From Eledone cirrhosa (taxonomy: Eukaryota): a stretch of 64,000 bases of DNA. The position numbers and the translations under genes are program-made. Within the stretch, counting starts at the first letter, position 1. Each line of letters begins with the position of its first letter. The stretch covers positions 182,776,001-182,840,000 of the forward strand of contig OZ024741.1 of NCBI GenBank assembly GCA_964016885.1, read 5' to 3'. The notes beneath the pieces are model-generated. The model was not told where the DNA came from. It did no database searches and saw only the letters and a program-made list of their open reading frames with translations. This document shows, one piece after another, positions 58,319 through 64,000 of this stretch.

Positions 58319-60969
58319 GGCAGGCTGCCTCGTCATTTCCCTCTACTAAGATGCCAAGCAGTAACAACAAACTAGAAGCCACGTAGTTGTGAAGTAAACA
58401 TCTTAACCACACACCCATGCCAGCACAAAAGCTGTTCAACAGAAATAGAATACCCGCATACACACACATAAACATTTAACAGAAAATTGTTAAATTATTT
58501 TAAGTTCAAAATACAAACCTTCCAGTCATTGGGTAAATTTGGATTAGCATTGCCAGAATCAACAAGCAGTTTTAGACAGAAAATCCATCCATAAGCCGCT
58601 GCATAGTGTACAACAGAGTTGCCAGACGAGTCGGTGTGGTTGGGATCAGAACCCAGAGAGAGAAGGTAAGATACCACATGAGTATTACCATTCATTACTG
58701 CATGAATCAATGCAGTACGGCGCATTTTGTCTGCAAAAGAAAATATGAAAATGACAAAGGATATATATATAAGACTTTGGTGAATAATTATTAAAATATA
58801 GCAGATATCAGATGATACTGCTCAGAAACGTGAATTCTCAAAACTCGGCAGTTCTGTTTTCAAATGAATTTCAATAAGAGTGTGAGAAAGAGTATGTGTG
58901 TGTGCATGAATGTATGCTGCATGTATACCAGATTTTAGAATCATCATCATCATCATCGTTTAACGTCTATTTCTCCATGCTTGCATGGGTTAGGCGGGTT
59001 GTCCACATCGAGAGACAAGTCTGGCCAGCTGACCGCACCATACCTTGCTCAGATGGAACTGTATTTTGGGTGGGATTTTTACAGCCGGATGCCCTTCCTA
59101 AAACCAACTACATTTACAGACTTACCATATCCTAGTATGTTATAAGAGATGACTAAATGGGTTGGGCATTAGGAAAGGCATACAGCCATAAAACACTGCC
59201 TCAAAAAGTCTTGTTCATCCCATACTAACATGAAAAGTGAACATAAAAACTATGATAATAATGATGTTGAACACAATAAATTAATTTATAGTGTTGTGAA
59301 AATTCCAGCCATTTGGTTGTGGTGCTGGTAGGTGTACCCATCTTAGTATGCTCCACATAAAGTATCATGGAAAATACTAGGAGAATATTCAACATTGCCC
59401 ATGTTGAAAACTAACTAAAAATGTAAACACATAATCATCATTTAACATCCACTTTACCTTACTGGCATTGGTTGGATAGATTAAGGAATAAGTCATTACT
59501 TAATCGAAATTATTGTCCGCCTAGACATGCCAGAGGACACATCTCCCTTACATGTTCTGGTTTAGGCAGAGATTCAGATGCCCTTCGTGTACGTTGTGCA
59601 GTTTTTATCATAGTACCAGTACTAAGGAGATTCCCATATATGTAACACGACTGAAAAATCCTCAACACTTTTTTTGGCATGGTTTCTAGGACTGAATGCC
59701 CTTCCTAATGCCAACCACTTTACTATTTTACTGTAATGTGAACACTAGAGAGGTTGTTATGTCTGAGGCACGACTGAACAAGCGTCACAACCCTCTTGGG
59801 TATAATTTCTACACCTGAACGCCTTTCCTAACCCAACCCAATTTGCTGCATGAACTAGATGCATTTTATTATGGCACTAGCATAAGGGTGGTAGTCGAGA
59901 CCTCGCTCTGTCCTATGTTGTTGTTACCAGTCAAATGTTATCCACTTCACTGGATGTACGAAGTACATTTTAAAATGGCACCAACACTGGTGAGGTTACC
60001 CTGTGTTCGAGTGAAAATATGGGGGAAGGGGTTAAGATGGAACAGGGTGGCATGGGAACAGTGATGTGATATAAAGGAAAAGAAGATAGGAGTAATATGG
60101 GAGAGAGTGGCAGTAAAGTGAGCAAGTATGAATAGTTTAAAAGTTACATCCCAATACATGGATATAACACAGAGGTGCATTAGATAAGTGATGGAGAGAA
60201 GGAATATTAGTGTGTTGCAGATATTATGGTTGAAATGGAGAAAGGGTGGAGTTAGAGGTATATTTTGTGTCTTAATTAATACTGGTATGTAGGTCATCTT
60301 TATAATTGCTTGTCACTAATATGTTTCTTAATAGTTCTGATTGTAAATATATTTAGTTTAATAGAACACCGTTGGATTTATTTGGAAAAGCTATCTTTCA
60401 AGAAAGAAATTAATTTTGCAAACCAAAATGAACAGAGGTAATACACACATATGTATCGTTTTTTTTTGTTGTTGTTTTTTTTACTTCGATATTTTTAGCA
60501 GGTGTGTAAATTTCAATTCTATTTCATCCTTTCATTACCATATTTCTCATGAAAGACAATAATTATGATTTTCAAAAAACTTTGAAAAATAATCAAGAAT
60601 AGAAGGATTTAGTAATTTAACTAACTTTCTCATTATTTAGCTGGTGTTTGGAACATAACTTAACAGAGGTTCCTTCTTAAAATTATAATGGAAGGTTTTT
60701 AAATATAATCACTTTAAAATAAACAGCTTAGAATCATAGAACCAAGAGCGATTTTTGGTGGGTTGGTATAAAACTTTTAAAATGTTAAATAGAGATAAAG
60801 CTGACAACTCACCTTTTTGCTCCACATCAGCTTTGTTTGCCACCAACAACTTTGCTATGTCCAGATGTCCTTTGCAAGCAGCAATCATCAAAGGACTCAT
60901 CTTGTCCTTAGAAGCACTCATTGGTTTATTAACATCAACTTGGTATTTCAGCATCACTTTCACAACTTC
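41..60969 (-). CDS. Multi-exon ankyrin-repeat / WGR / PARP-regulatory / PARP-catalytic protein (PME-5/TANK-1-type PARP), partial at both ends; 31 exons, about 1644 aa visible
   Basis: 31 exons with AG acceptors and GT donors (one possibly GC) join in consistent phase with no stop. Many ankyrin motifs (GxTPLH/TALH), WGR motif LFTRWGRIG..EFCKVFKSKTGNDW, PARP_reg motifs SKLPPRLQELIKEL, MPFGQI and ELSNEYYHLIP, and catalytic-domain start NPLDYIY. Confidence 0.92.
595..1190 (+). mobile_element. 3' fragment of RTE-clade LINE (family 3), decayed
   Basis: GWKKFRELLPLL..GSETW..RRLHWYGHV..GRPRKTW with in-frame stops; ends CCTTGCAAGCAGGGAAAACAGAC..(TGA)n like the copy at 46640. Confidence 0.9.
1757..1940 (+). 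mobile_element. Old tRNA-headed SINE-like repeat with (TG)n tail
   Basis: Similar decayed copies on the minus strand near 28690-28835, 34590-34750 and 42050-42185. Confidence 0.55.
2129..2306 (-). CDS. Exon 30: PARP regulatory domain, C-terminal part
   Basis: cag|ATA TCT GAA..AAA G|gtattt; ISELSNEYYHLIPQKGYEYEKFRPIS..LLGAQYRLK. Confidence 0.9.
2629..4912 (-). mobile_element. 5'-truncated RTE-clade LINE (family 1) with uninterrupted RT + PHD-like ORF and about 400-nt 3' UTR ending in (GAT)n
   Basis: ORF 3025..4932 (635 aa): NYRGIKL, QFGF, FVDLEKAFD, GVHQGSVLSP, YADD, YLG; no endonuclease; (CAT)n at 2628-2647 on plus strand. Confidence 0.95.
4921..5260 (-). mobile_element. tRNA-derived CORE-type SINE with RTE-derived tail (young family)
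   Basis: A box TGGCTTAGTGG, B box GAGTTCAATTC, CORE-like CCTTGAGCAAGACACTT..CAGCTGTAGAAATG; near-identical to 10981-11322 and 26602-26938. Confidence 0.9.
5440..5620 (-). mobile_element. Short non-autonomous RTE-related element (RTE motif + 3' terminus + (GAT)n)
   Basis: TGTAAATATGGTTGATGTTAGGAAGGACATCCAGCTGTAAAA..CAAGCATGAAAAAAATGGATG..GATGATG, similar to the LINE 3' UTRs in this window. Confidence 0.65.
5625..6148. repeat. Degenerate tandem repeat, about 85-bp unit x about 6
   Basis: CTGGATG.CAC..TATGAGGA..GACAGGCCA.TTGGCCA.G..GAACC recurs at about 5625, 5710, 5797, 5881, 5966 and 6055. Confidence 0.75.
6166..6272. repeat. Imperfect palindrome, MITE-like hairpin
   Basis: TATATAGAAATGGCTTCTACAG ... 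CTGTAGAAATCATTTCTATATA. Confidence 0.55.
6412..6487 (-). CDS. Exon 29: PARP regulatory domain
   Basis: cag|G GAT CTT ATA..GAA AAA|gtaata; KDLIELVNKTKPTAGQNEEHQKNCEK; phases 2 to 0 fit both neighbours. Confidence 0.8.
7382..7516. mobile_element. Tc1/mariner-type MITE, 135 bp
   Basis: TA|CAGGGTGGACCAAAAGT ... ACTTTTGGTCCACCCTG|TA: terminal inverted repeats with TA duplication. Confidence 0.85.
7659..7780 (-). CDS. Exon 28: PARP regulatory domain
   Basis: cag|AGC AAT GTA..CTC AA|gtttgt; SNVKMLSAAYSVSGVDAEIMPFGQIKKSALLEALKILHEL. Confidence 0.88.
8186..9210 (-). mobile_element. Internally deleted piggyBac element (about 1 kb)
   Basis: TTAA|CCCTTTAG ... CTAAAGGG|TTAA; 8186-8420 is homologous to 63031-63265; decayed transposase N-terminus (SDTNFEGF, PDFIQNTGPQHTL..LDYF). 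Confidence 0.85.
9585..9870 (+). mobile_element. tRNA-derived CORE-type SINE, second tail type
   Basis: GTGGTTAGCGC..GAGTTTGATTCCC..GTGTCCTTGAGCAAGACACTT then TGTACCTGCAATTCAAAGGGCCAGCCTTGTCACA..; related copies at 38030-38280 and 42830-43120. Confidence 0.75.
10080..10820 (+). mobile_element. Decayed, internally deleted non-LTR element, probably Vingi/Ingi-like
   Basis: Residual motifs RWNFRKAD*, HSSWKA*NLLRRLG and C-terminal DSPACDCGDPDQT..H; family call is from recalled motifs. Confidence 0.6.
10981..11322 (+). mobile_element. tRNA-derived CORE-type SINE with RTE tail, 7-bp target-site duplication
   Basis: A/B boxes, CORE-like body, (ATGAA/ATG)n tail; ATAACAG at 10974-10980 and 11323-11329. 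Confidence 0.92.
11662..11806 (-). CDS. Exon 27: end of WGR and start of PARP regulatory domain
   Basis: tag|A TTC AAG..GAG TTG|gtaaga; FKNHSKKYRLV..SEIPSKLPPRLQELIKEL. Confidence 0.88.
12234..12403 (-). CDS. Exon 26: WGR domain core
   Basis: tag|ATT GTA CGG..AAA TT|gtaagt; IVRQKDKDIYILFTRWGRIGDRGQFQHTPF..AVKEFCKVFKSKTGNDW. Confidence 0.93.
12873..13770 (+). mobile_element. 3' fragment of RTE LINE family 1 with a 112-bp duplication in the 3' UTR
   Basis: ORF 12889..13287 nearly identical to the C-terminus of 3025..4932; same UTR; (GAT)n tail. Confidence 0.93.
14735..15100 (+). mobile_element. Heavily decayed RTE LINE 3' fragment
   Basis: Residual FRELLPLLATK..GKLYD and GKLRKTWKEMVKADL. Confidence 0.7.
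15261..15366 (-). CDS. Exon 25: WGR domain N-terminal part
   Basis: cag|T GAA ATA..ATG CAG|gtaaga; EILYDTNQNLPYDVLLTKVDVCCGVWGMFNFYKMQ. Confidence 0.9.
16120..16430 (-). mobile_element. tRNA-derived CORE-type SINE, third tail type
   Basis: Head and CORE match the 10981 SINE up to CAGCTGTAGAAATGAG; the following about 190 nt are unrelated. Confidence 0.75.
16774..16952 (-). CDS. Exon 24: linker between ankyrin array and WGR
   Basis: aag|GAA AAG CCA..ACT GG|gtgagt; phases 0 to 2 fit; weak AAG acceptor after a long pyrimidine tract. Confidence 0.75.
17434..17620 (-). mobile_element. tRNA-derived SINE with Meta-like body and (AAT)n tail
   Basis: GGATTGGCAGTATC..GAGTTCAAATCCCGCC..TTTGCCTTTCATCCTTACGGGGTCGATAAAATAAAGTACCAG; Meta-domain call is from memory. 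Confidence 0.8.
17660..17845. repeat. Unclassified dispersed repeat, inverted relative to 55830-56012
   Basis: Shared AACCAAACTCC.ACTG.CA.TGCCT..CCCATCTCTCACTATTATGAG..GGGCCCATGC..GGACAGAA..GAGAAGGC. Confidence 0.7.
18347..18615 (-). CDS. Exon 23: last ankyrin repeats
   Basis: cag|AT AAC ATC..AAA TGG|gtaagt; DNDGRTVLHHLV..DTAGLSPLKHTL. Confidence 0.9.
19340..19561 (-). mobile_element. tRNA-derived SINE with Meta-like body
   Basis: GGCGGTGGATTGGCAGAATCGGTAGAGCGTCGGAC..GAGTTCAAATCCC; same family as 17434. Confidence 0.8.
19783..20371 (-). CDS. Exon 22: ankyrin end followed by long Asp/Glu-rich low-complexity insert
   Basis: tag|AAT GAC ATC AAT ATA GTG..TTT G|gtaagg; 589 nt, phases 0 to 1; continues AVKK|NDINIVKLLLNY. 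Confidence 0.88.
20356..21160. repeat. Minisatellite, 42/44-bp unit x about 19, derived from the exon 22 splice acceptor
   Basis: TCTAAACA at 20371, 20411, 20455, 20499, 20541, 20585, 20627, 20669, 20711, 20753, 20797, 20839, 20881, 20923, 20967, 21009, 21053, 21097 and 21141. Confidence 0.95.
21680..21815. repeat. About 24-bp tandem repeat in a purine-rich low-complexity tract
   Basis: (ATATGTGTGAGAAGTTAGTGTGGT) x about 5. Confidence 0.8.
22635..22902 (-). CDS. Exon 21: ankyrin repeats
   Basis: tag|G GAA TGG..AAA AAG|gtaggc; ITPLIFAI..LLKNGASPNFADEKGLTPIMHAVKK. Confidence 0.9.
24286..24394 (-). CDS. Exon 20
   Basis: tag|GC AGA AAT..GCA AA|gtttgt; RNPQLDIKHKDRYGRDVMAAFFWNYDK; phases 1 to 2 fit. 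Confidence 0.8.
24651..24846 (+). mobile_element. tRNA-derived SINE with Meta-like body
   Basis: Same family as 17434, 44672 and 46280; ends AGAAACAATTATTAT. Confidence 0.82.
25640..25688. repeat. (AT)n microsatellite
   Basis: Pure AT run; similar runs at 28625-28679 and 42478-42511. Confidence 0.95.
26052..26172 (-). CDS. Exon 19: ankyrin repeat
   Basis: tag|CTT GCT GAA..TCA A|gtaagt; DIDMYGCTPLMY. Confidence 0.85.
26436..27652 (+). mobile_element. Defective mariner transposon (internal deletion, frameshift, nested SINE)
   Basis: TA|CGAGGTGTGTCAGAAAAGTTCCAGGACTGATGTCA ... TGACATCAGTCCTGGAACTTTTCTGACACACCTCG|TA; EQRTNLKFLVRLGKT, KVCAKMVPK, ITGDESW joined directly to LKEVIKGTRF..GDYFE. Confidence 0.93.
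26602..26938 (+). mobile_element. CORE-type SINE with RTE tail nested in the mariner
   Basis: Near-identical to 10981-11322; sits just upstream of the transposase coding start. Confidence 0.92.
28904..29062 (-). CDS. Exon 18: ankyrin repeat
   Basis: tag|GCT GCT CTG..CTT AAA|gtaatt; NSDGRNLFHILA. Confidence 0.87.
30252..30332 (-). CDS. Exon 17
   Basis: cag|GAG GCC ATT..ATT GAG|gtaggg; EAIGSELQNVAYMMLDSTAMDMKSGIE. Confidence 0.8.
31052..31226 (-). CDS. Exon 16 (donor ambiguous: GC donor after 31052 or GT donor after 31031)
   Basis: cag|T TGT GCC CTC; SCALILLQMGANVK..IWKWQP..HSIFQ; both donors give phase 0. Confidence 0.78.
31441..33076. mobile_element. piggyBac-type MITE split by a LINE insertion (arms about 31441-31538 and 32979-33076)
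   Basis: TTAA|CCCTTTAGCATTT start; joined arms match the reverse complement of 57385-57605. Confidence 0.75.
31539..32978 (-). mobile_element. 5'-truncated RTE LINE family 2
   Basis: Near-identical to 52251-53687; YADD, PHD-like finger, one frameshift, one TGG>TGA change, (GAT)n tail. Confidence 0.95.
33285..33400 (+). mobile_element. Truncated CORE-type SINE (head and part of CORE)
   Basis: GGCATGTGGCTGAGGGGTTAGAG..TTCGATTCCC..GTGTCCTTCAGCAAGACACTTTATTTCAC. Confidence 0.65.
33757..33833 (-). CDS. Exon 15: ankyrin repeat
   Basis: tag|TTC CAT GCT..GAC AG|gttggt; ADINRKDNSGNTPLAYAVRH. Confidence 0.88.
35310..35466 (-). CDS. Exon 14: ankyrin repeat
   Basis: cag|A CCC GTT..GTC AAG|gtaatc; DFFGQTPLHRAACRGATICCRHLVK. 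Confidence 0.9.
35745..35979 (-). CDS. Exon 13: ankyrin repeats
   Basis: cag|TA CGT GAT..GAA AA|gtaatt; GAKVNAVDCDGLTPLHCAV..KDKKNRLCLHYAF. Confidence 0.9.
37182..37291 (-). CDS. Exon 12: ankyrin repeat
   Basis: cag|G AAT GGT..CAA G|gtaagt; NGKPELLRMLV..QQTALHLAVQ. Confidence 0.88.
38030..38280 (-). mobile_element. CORE-type SINE, second tail type, decayed
   Basis: Reverse complement resembles 9585-9870. Confidence 0.65.
38343..38425 (-). CDS. Exon 11: ankyrin repeat
   Basis: cag|CTC TCA GCC..TCT CA|gtaagt; LSANANPN..RVTPLMLIS. Confidence 0.85.
38677..38746. repeat. Compound (GT)n(AG)n(G)n microsatellite
   Basis: Seen directly. Confidence 0.9.
39498..39697 (-). CDS. Exon 10: ankyrin repeats
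   Basis: tag|GT AAA TGG..ATT CTG|gtatcc; DMPDQYGCVPLIQAIQLGRVEAVKIL. Confidence 0.88.
39739..39781. repeat. (TG)n microsatellite
   Basis: Seen directly, about 40 nt upstream of the exon 10 acceptor. Confidence 0.95.
41399..41567 (-). CDS. Exon 9
   Basis: cag|CCA TCT ACA..GAG G|gtaagt; NFISLLIEDANSDINAIV. Confidence 0.85.
41767..41956. mobile_element. piggyBac-type MITE
   Basis: TAA|CCCTTTAGCATT ... AATGCTAAAGGG|TTA; homologous to 57385-57605. Confidence 0.8.
42830..43120 (-). mobile_element. CORE-type SINE, second tail type, decayed
   Basis: Reverse complement resembles 9585-9870. Confidence 0.65.
43181..43324 (-). CDS. Exon 8: ankyrin repeat
   Basis: cag|AAC AAA ACA..CTA CAG|gtaagc; VDHDGFTPLLKAC. 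Confidence 0.87.
44098..44256. mobile_element. Partial piggyBac-type MITE
   Basis: CTCACCTCTTTCTGTTCAAAC..AAATGCTAAAGGG|TTAA. Confidence 0.72.
44672..44856 (-). mobile_element. tRNA-derived SINE with Meta-like body
   Basis: Closely matches 46280-46470 and 17434-17620. Confidence 0.83.
44894..45043 (-). CDS. Exon 7: ankyrin repeat
   Basis: cag|AAC AAT ATT..GAA TTG|gtaagt; NNIPLAKKLL..NKCGKNILHMMA. Confidence 0.87.
45477..45596 (-). CDS. Exon 6: ankyrin repeat
   Basis: cag|GAT GCT AAA..GAA AAG|gtacgt; VADFLIDNNCDPAARSVDGITPLMLAIEK. Confidence 0.88.
46280..46470 (-). mobile_element. tRNA-derived SINE with Meta-like body
   Basis: As 44672-44856. Confidence 0.83.
46538..46579 (-). CDS. Exon 5: 42-nt mini-exon
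   Basis: cag|CTT CAT CAT..GGG AAG|gtatat; completes the ankyrin motif GYNP|LHHIA begun in exon 4. Confidence 0.82.
46639..49780 (-). mobile_element. Near-full-length decayed RTE LINE family 3 (5' UTR part, APE endonuclease, RT, PHD-like finger)
   Basis: RVATLNVG, CVQEVRW, AYAPQ, GDFN, QIDF, YADD in several frameshifted ORFs; stop codon runs directly into the (ATG)n tail. Confidence 0.93.
50348..53687 (+). mobile_element. Young RTE LINE family 2: APE endonuclease + RT + PHD-like finger, truncated at the endonuclease start
   Basis: ORFs 50378..52285, 52458..52970 and 52977..53387 join into about 1002 aa after removing one extra G (about 52271) and one CGA>TGA change (52968-70); 300-nt 3' UTR; (GAT)n tail. 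Confidence 0.96.
55101..55222 (-). CDS. Exon 4: ankyrin repeat
   Basis: cag|GA AGG ACA..AAT CCG|gtatgt; GRTLVSLAA..KADCSLVDLEGYNP. Confidence 0.87.
55830..56012. repeat. Unclassified dispersed repeat (second copy)
   Basis: Reverse complement similar to 17660-17845. Confidence 0.7.
56391..56490 (-). CDS. Exon 3: ankyrin repeat
   Basis: cag|GTG ACA CCT..CGG G|gtaagt; VTPVCIAFLKGHYGLVEYLLNQPDSDINFKDERG. Confidence 0.9.
57385..57605. mobile_element. Complete piggyBac-type MITE, 221 bp
   Basis: TTAA|CCCTTTAGCATTTA ... TAAATGCTAAAGGG|TTAA. Confidence 0.9.
58238..58312. repeat. (AT)n(GT)n microsatellite
   Basis: Seen directly. Confidence 0.95.
58519..58730 (-). CDS. Exon 2: ankyrin repeats
   Basis: cag|AC AAA ATG..TGG AAG|gtttgt; DKMRRTALIHAVMNG..DSSGNSVVHYAAAYGW. 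Confidence 0.92.
58940..59120 (-). mobile_element. Short non-autonomous RTE-related element (motif + 3' terminus + (GAT)n)
   Basis: TAGGAAGGGCATCCGGCTGTAAAA..GAGCAAGGTATGGT..ACAACCCGCCTAACCCATGCAAGCATGGAG..GACGTTAAACGATGATG, similar to 53515-53687. Confidence 0.75.
60813..60969 (-). CDS. Exon 1 of window (internal exon): ankyrin repeat
   Basis: cag|GAA GTT GTG..AAA G|gtgagt; KDKMSPLMIAACKGHLDIAKLLVANKADVE. Confidence 0.92.
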
Positions 60970-61898
60970 CTGTAAAAGACAAAAATATTTTTTTGTTTAA
61001 GACAACAGCTTGCCTTTTTTTTTTGTTCCAACAAAAACAATATATGTTTCTAACATAGATACAAGACCAAAAGGCTTTGAGAAGGTGTTAATTGATTAAA
61101 TCAACCCTTCTTTTTTTTCACCCACTTATTCCTGAGAGGGTAATGAGGCACAGTCCTCAAACACACCTTCCAGTGGGTCTGTCAGAAGCAACTGTCTCCA
61201 ATGCATCAGGATTGATTTTTCTTTAGGTAAATCAACCCTGATGAGATAAACGGCTAAACTGACTGCAGCAGGATTTGAACTCAGAATGTAAAAAGTTGGA
61301 ACAAGGTATTTTGTTTAAAGCTCTGCCAATCTGCTGCCTAGATGATAATATCTAGTATAGAAATAAAACCAAAAATTGACTCCAGTACTTAACTAGTAGT
61401 ATATTTTATCAAACCTGGAAAAATGAAAGCCAAGATTTGAACTCACAATGTAAAGAGCCAAAAGAAATACTACAAGGCATTTTAATAGACCATTCTAATG
61501 ATTCTACCAATTTCCATATCTTTGAATATAACCACACTACTAAAAATGATAATGATTTCTATCATATATAGAAGGCCCATCATTTTTTAGAGAGTAGATA
61601 TAGTTGACTAAGCTGAAAATTTTCAGCTACACACAAGTTACACACAACAATCTATGTATCAAATATACCTCAGCTTGAAACATTAGATTTCAACAATGAT
61701 TTTATTTACACCATGTATCTCTTTCTCATTTCCTCTCTGGAAGAAATCTGCTGTATTCAAACCTGGAGAGGGATGGGTTCCGTCAGGCTTAAGATGCCCA
61801 AGAAACACTGTATGTCATTACAGCACCTCTACAGCCCTAAATTACACAGGTAGTTTGTCAAGCAATCCTGATATTTGGTGTTTCAAATATATCATACC

Positions 61899-63030
61899 TT
61901 AATTTAGCTGGGGACCATACTGTACATTCCTACATGTAATAGAGAATTATATGAAGTACTGTGTAGCAGTCTGGAGTTATGGGGCCATAAAAAAAAAAAA
62001 CAATACCATATCCAGTTAAGAATAGGTACACTGTATTTCTCTGTGTCATATGAAGTAACTAAAAGACTTGGGTGTCAGGAGGGAAAGTCAGTTGTTAAAC
62101 ATTACCTCAAAAAGTCCTGTCCAACCCAAGCCAGCATGAAAAAGCCAACATAAAAGTGGTGGTGGTGATGGTGATGATAATGATGAAAACTTTACAAATC
62201 AACACCAGGATACTGTCGATGATCCAATAAGTGAGAATTGCAACAAAAAAAAAGCTCATCCCTTTCACTGGAATTTGAAGACAGAACAGTGAGGTACTAA
62301 ATAATTCACAATGAAGTTATCAAGGTCTTGGAATGTAGTAGTACCCTTCATCCTCATAATTATCATCAGTTTAAGAGTTAAACAATAATCTTGATGGTGG
62401 TGGTAATGTAATAATTTACTGAATTATACAAGTGTAATCGGTTGCAGTTCTGTGGATTCTGATTTTAAATTCAATTCCATGATTACATGATAGGATTAGG
62501 ACCTTTATCATTAAAACACCCAAGAAACCTTACATGAAGCAAGCTAAACTCATGCATGTAAGAACCAGAGCAGCAACAACAGATCCCAATTTATAATAAT
62601 AAGTCATGTTCTTCTTCAATGTCATCATCATATCCTTAACTGGACTGTTTGTTGCCAACATAAACCACCATTAGTTCCTTAAATAAAAGACTCAAGATAC
62701 ATTGCCTCTCCACCTTTTTCTCTCTCTATGGGCTTATATGCCCAACTTGCTTGACTATATTTCAGTAAAAAAACCTGCATTGAAGCAGCTTACTTTAATC
62801 TAACATATATTCTAAATTCTTAAAATACAATTACCTCAACACCAATGTGCTTCAAGGAATTTATAAAAATTGAATATTTTTAATGGGAAAAAATGGTTGC
62901 CTTTCTGTTCTTTCCATACACTAACCTTCATGACAGTAGAGGTAGAATACATGTCCAGACTGCTACACAGTACTTCATATAATTCTCTATTACATGTAGG
63001 AATGTACAGTATGGTCCCCAGCTAAATTAA
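61899..63030. repeat. Perfect 77-bp inverted repeat (61899-61975 and 62954-63030) with TTAA outer ends
   Basis: TTAATTTAGCTGGGGACCATACTGTAC..GCAGTCTGGA and its exact reverse complement. Confidence 0.92.
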
Positions 63031-64000
63031 CCCTTTAGCATTCACATTGAATTGTCAAATGTCATGTTCATCTATTCGCATTATTTTCACTTAATTATAC
63101 TCAAGAGGGTTATCAATTTTATTTGTTTCTAATTACTTTAATTTTCTATGTGCAGACTTGAAATTTTGTCAGTAGACGTTTAAAGAACTATAATTTACAA
63201 TTATATAATTTTACCTGATTTTTTTTTGTTAAATTTGACTTTTATGGGCAGGTAAAATTAATTAACAGGTGTAAAAGTAATAACTTTATGGATAAACACA
63301 AAAATTTAAACTTTATCTGCCTTACCTGTTAGATTTGTTGCAAAAAAATCCAATAATGATCTAGATGCTGATTTCCATCAATTCTAGCAGTTTTCCGAAC
63401 AGGTGAATTAATTAAAAATGCAGGTGTAATCAGTACAATGTTTTAGTCTTTCTCTACATTCCAGGCAAATATTTTCATTGAAAAAAATGTATAAAACCTT
63501 TTCACCAGTCAAAATAATATTGGCAATGTACTCTTACACAATGTACGGTGTAAAATTACGTAACAGAATGTTCCCAATATATAAGTTCATTAACAGGTGT
63601 GATGCAGGTGTGTCACAGGTGAATGCAGGTGTTTTTGTATATGTGTGCTAATATATTTTAAAAATAGTGTTTTCAATATTGTTAGACAATATTTCGATCG
63701 TGATACTGCCCAAAGCACCCTTTACATAAGGGCACTTTGCAAAAGGAACACATAAATAGGGTTTGGATTGCGTAACCTTTAACAGTTTTTCTCTTTTGCA
63801 AAGAGCACAATCGGCAAACCTTCCTCCTACCATCAATTCTCTCCACTTTATGAAAATCAATATTTTCTTTGTGGACCACTGCTAATTTTGATTTTTTCCC
63901 AGCTTTGTGTTTGCGAGAAGTATATCCCCCACGTAGCTGGGATGCAATGTCCACGCGAAATTTCATGTGGCAGTAGTCCTTTGGTGGTGGCGGATCCTTG
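63031..64000 (-). mobile_element. piggyBac transposon 3' end with transposase C-terminal cysteine-rich domain (continues past the window)
   Basis: TTAA|CCCTTTAGCATT terminus; ORF ending 63682: FRVDIASQL..CRLC..TLFMCSFCKVPLCKGCFGQYH. Confidence 0.9.

Noticed and set aside
41-60969. Gene symbol TNKS or PARP1
   Set aside because: No SAM domain and WGR plus regulatory domain present (not tankyrase); ankyrins instead of zinc fingers and BRCT in the visible part (not PARP1).
63682-63966. Host zinc-finger gene or extra exon of the PARP gene
   Set aside because: Matches the piggyBac C-terminal cysteine-rich domain, ends in a stop and lies inside a TTAA-CCC terminus.

Overview
This is AT-rich eukaryotic genomic DNA. 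The SINE and LINE repertoire suggests a coleoid cephalopod, probably Octopus (inference). The whole window lies inside one large minus-strand gene. I traced 31 internal exons by hand (60969 down to 41; 4933 nt, about 1644 codons), and every splice phase joins. The protein has a long ankyrin-repeat array with an Asp/Glu-rich insert, then WGR, the PARP regulatory (helical) domain and the start of the PARP catalytic domain. This is an ankyrin-WGR-PARP of the C. elegans PME-5/TANK-1 type, not a true tankyrase. Both gene ends lie outside the window. The introns hold three RTE-clade LINE families whose RT domain contains an inserted C4HC3 PHD-like finger, tRNA-derived SINEs with swapped tails, a piggyBac family in three sizes, a deleted mariner, MITEs and microsatellites. 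The most notable observations are: a minisatellite made of about 19 copies of the gene's own 3' splice site; the PHD finger inside RT; one RTE motif found in a LINE 5' end, in other LINE 3' UTRs and in SINE tails; inverted near-identical repeats bracketing in-frame exon blocks; a perfect 77-bp TTAA-bounded inverted repeat at a piggyBac end; and a candidate GC-AG intron. I found no prokaryote-type system. All coordinates and family calls are by eye, with no database search.
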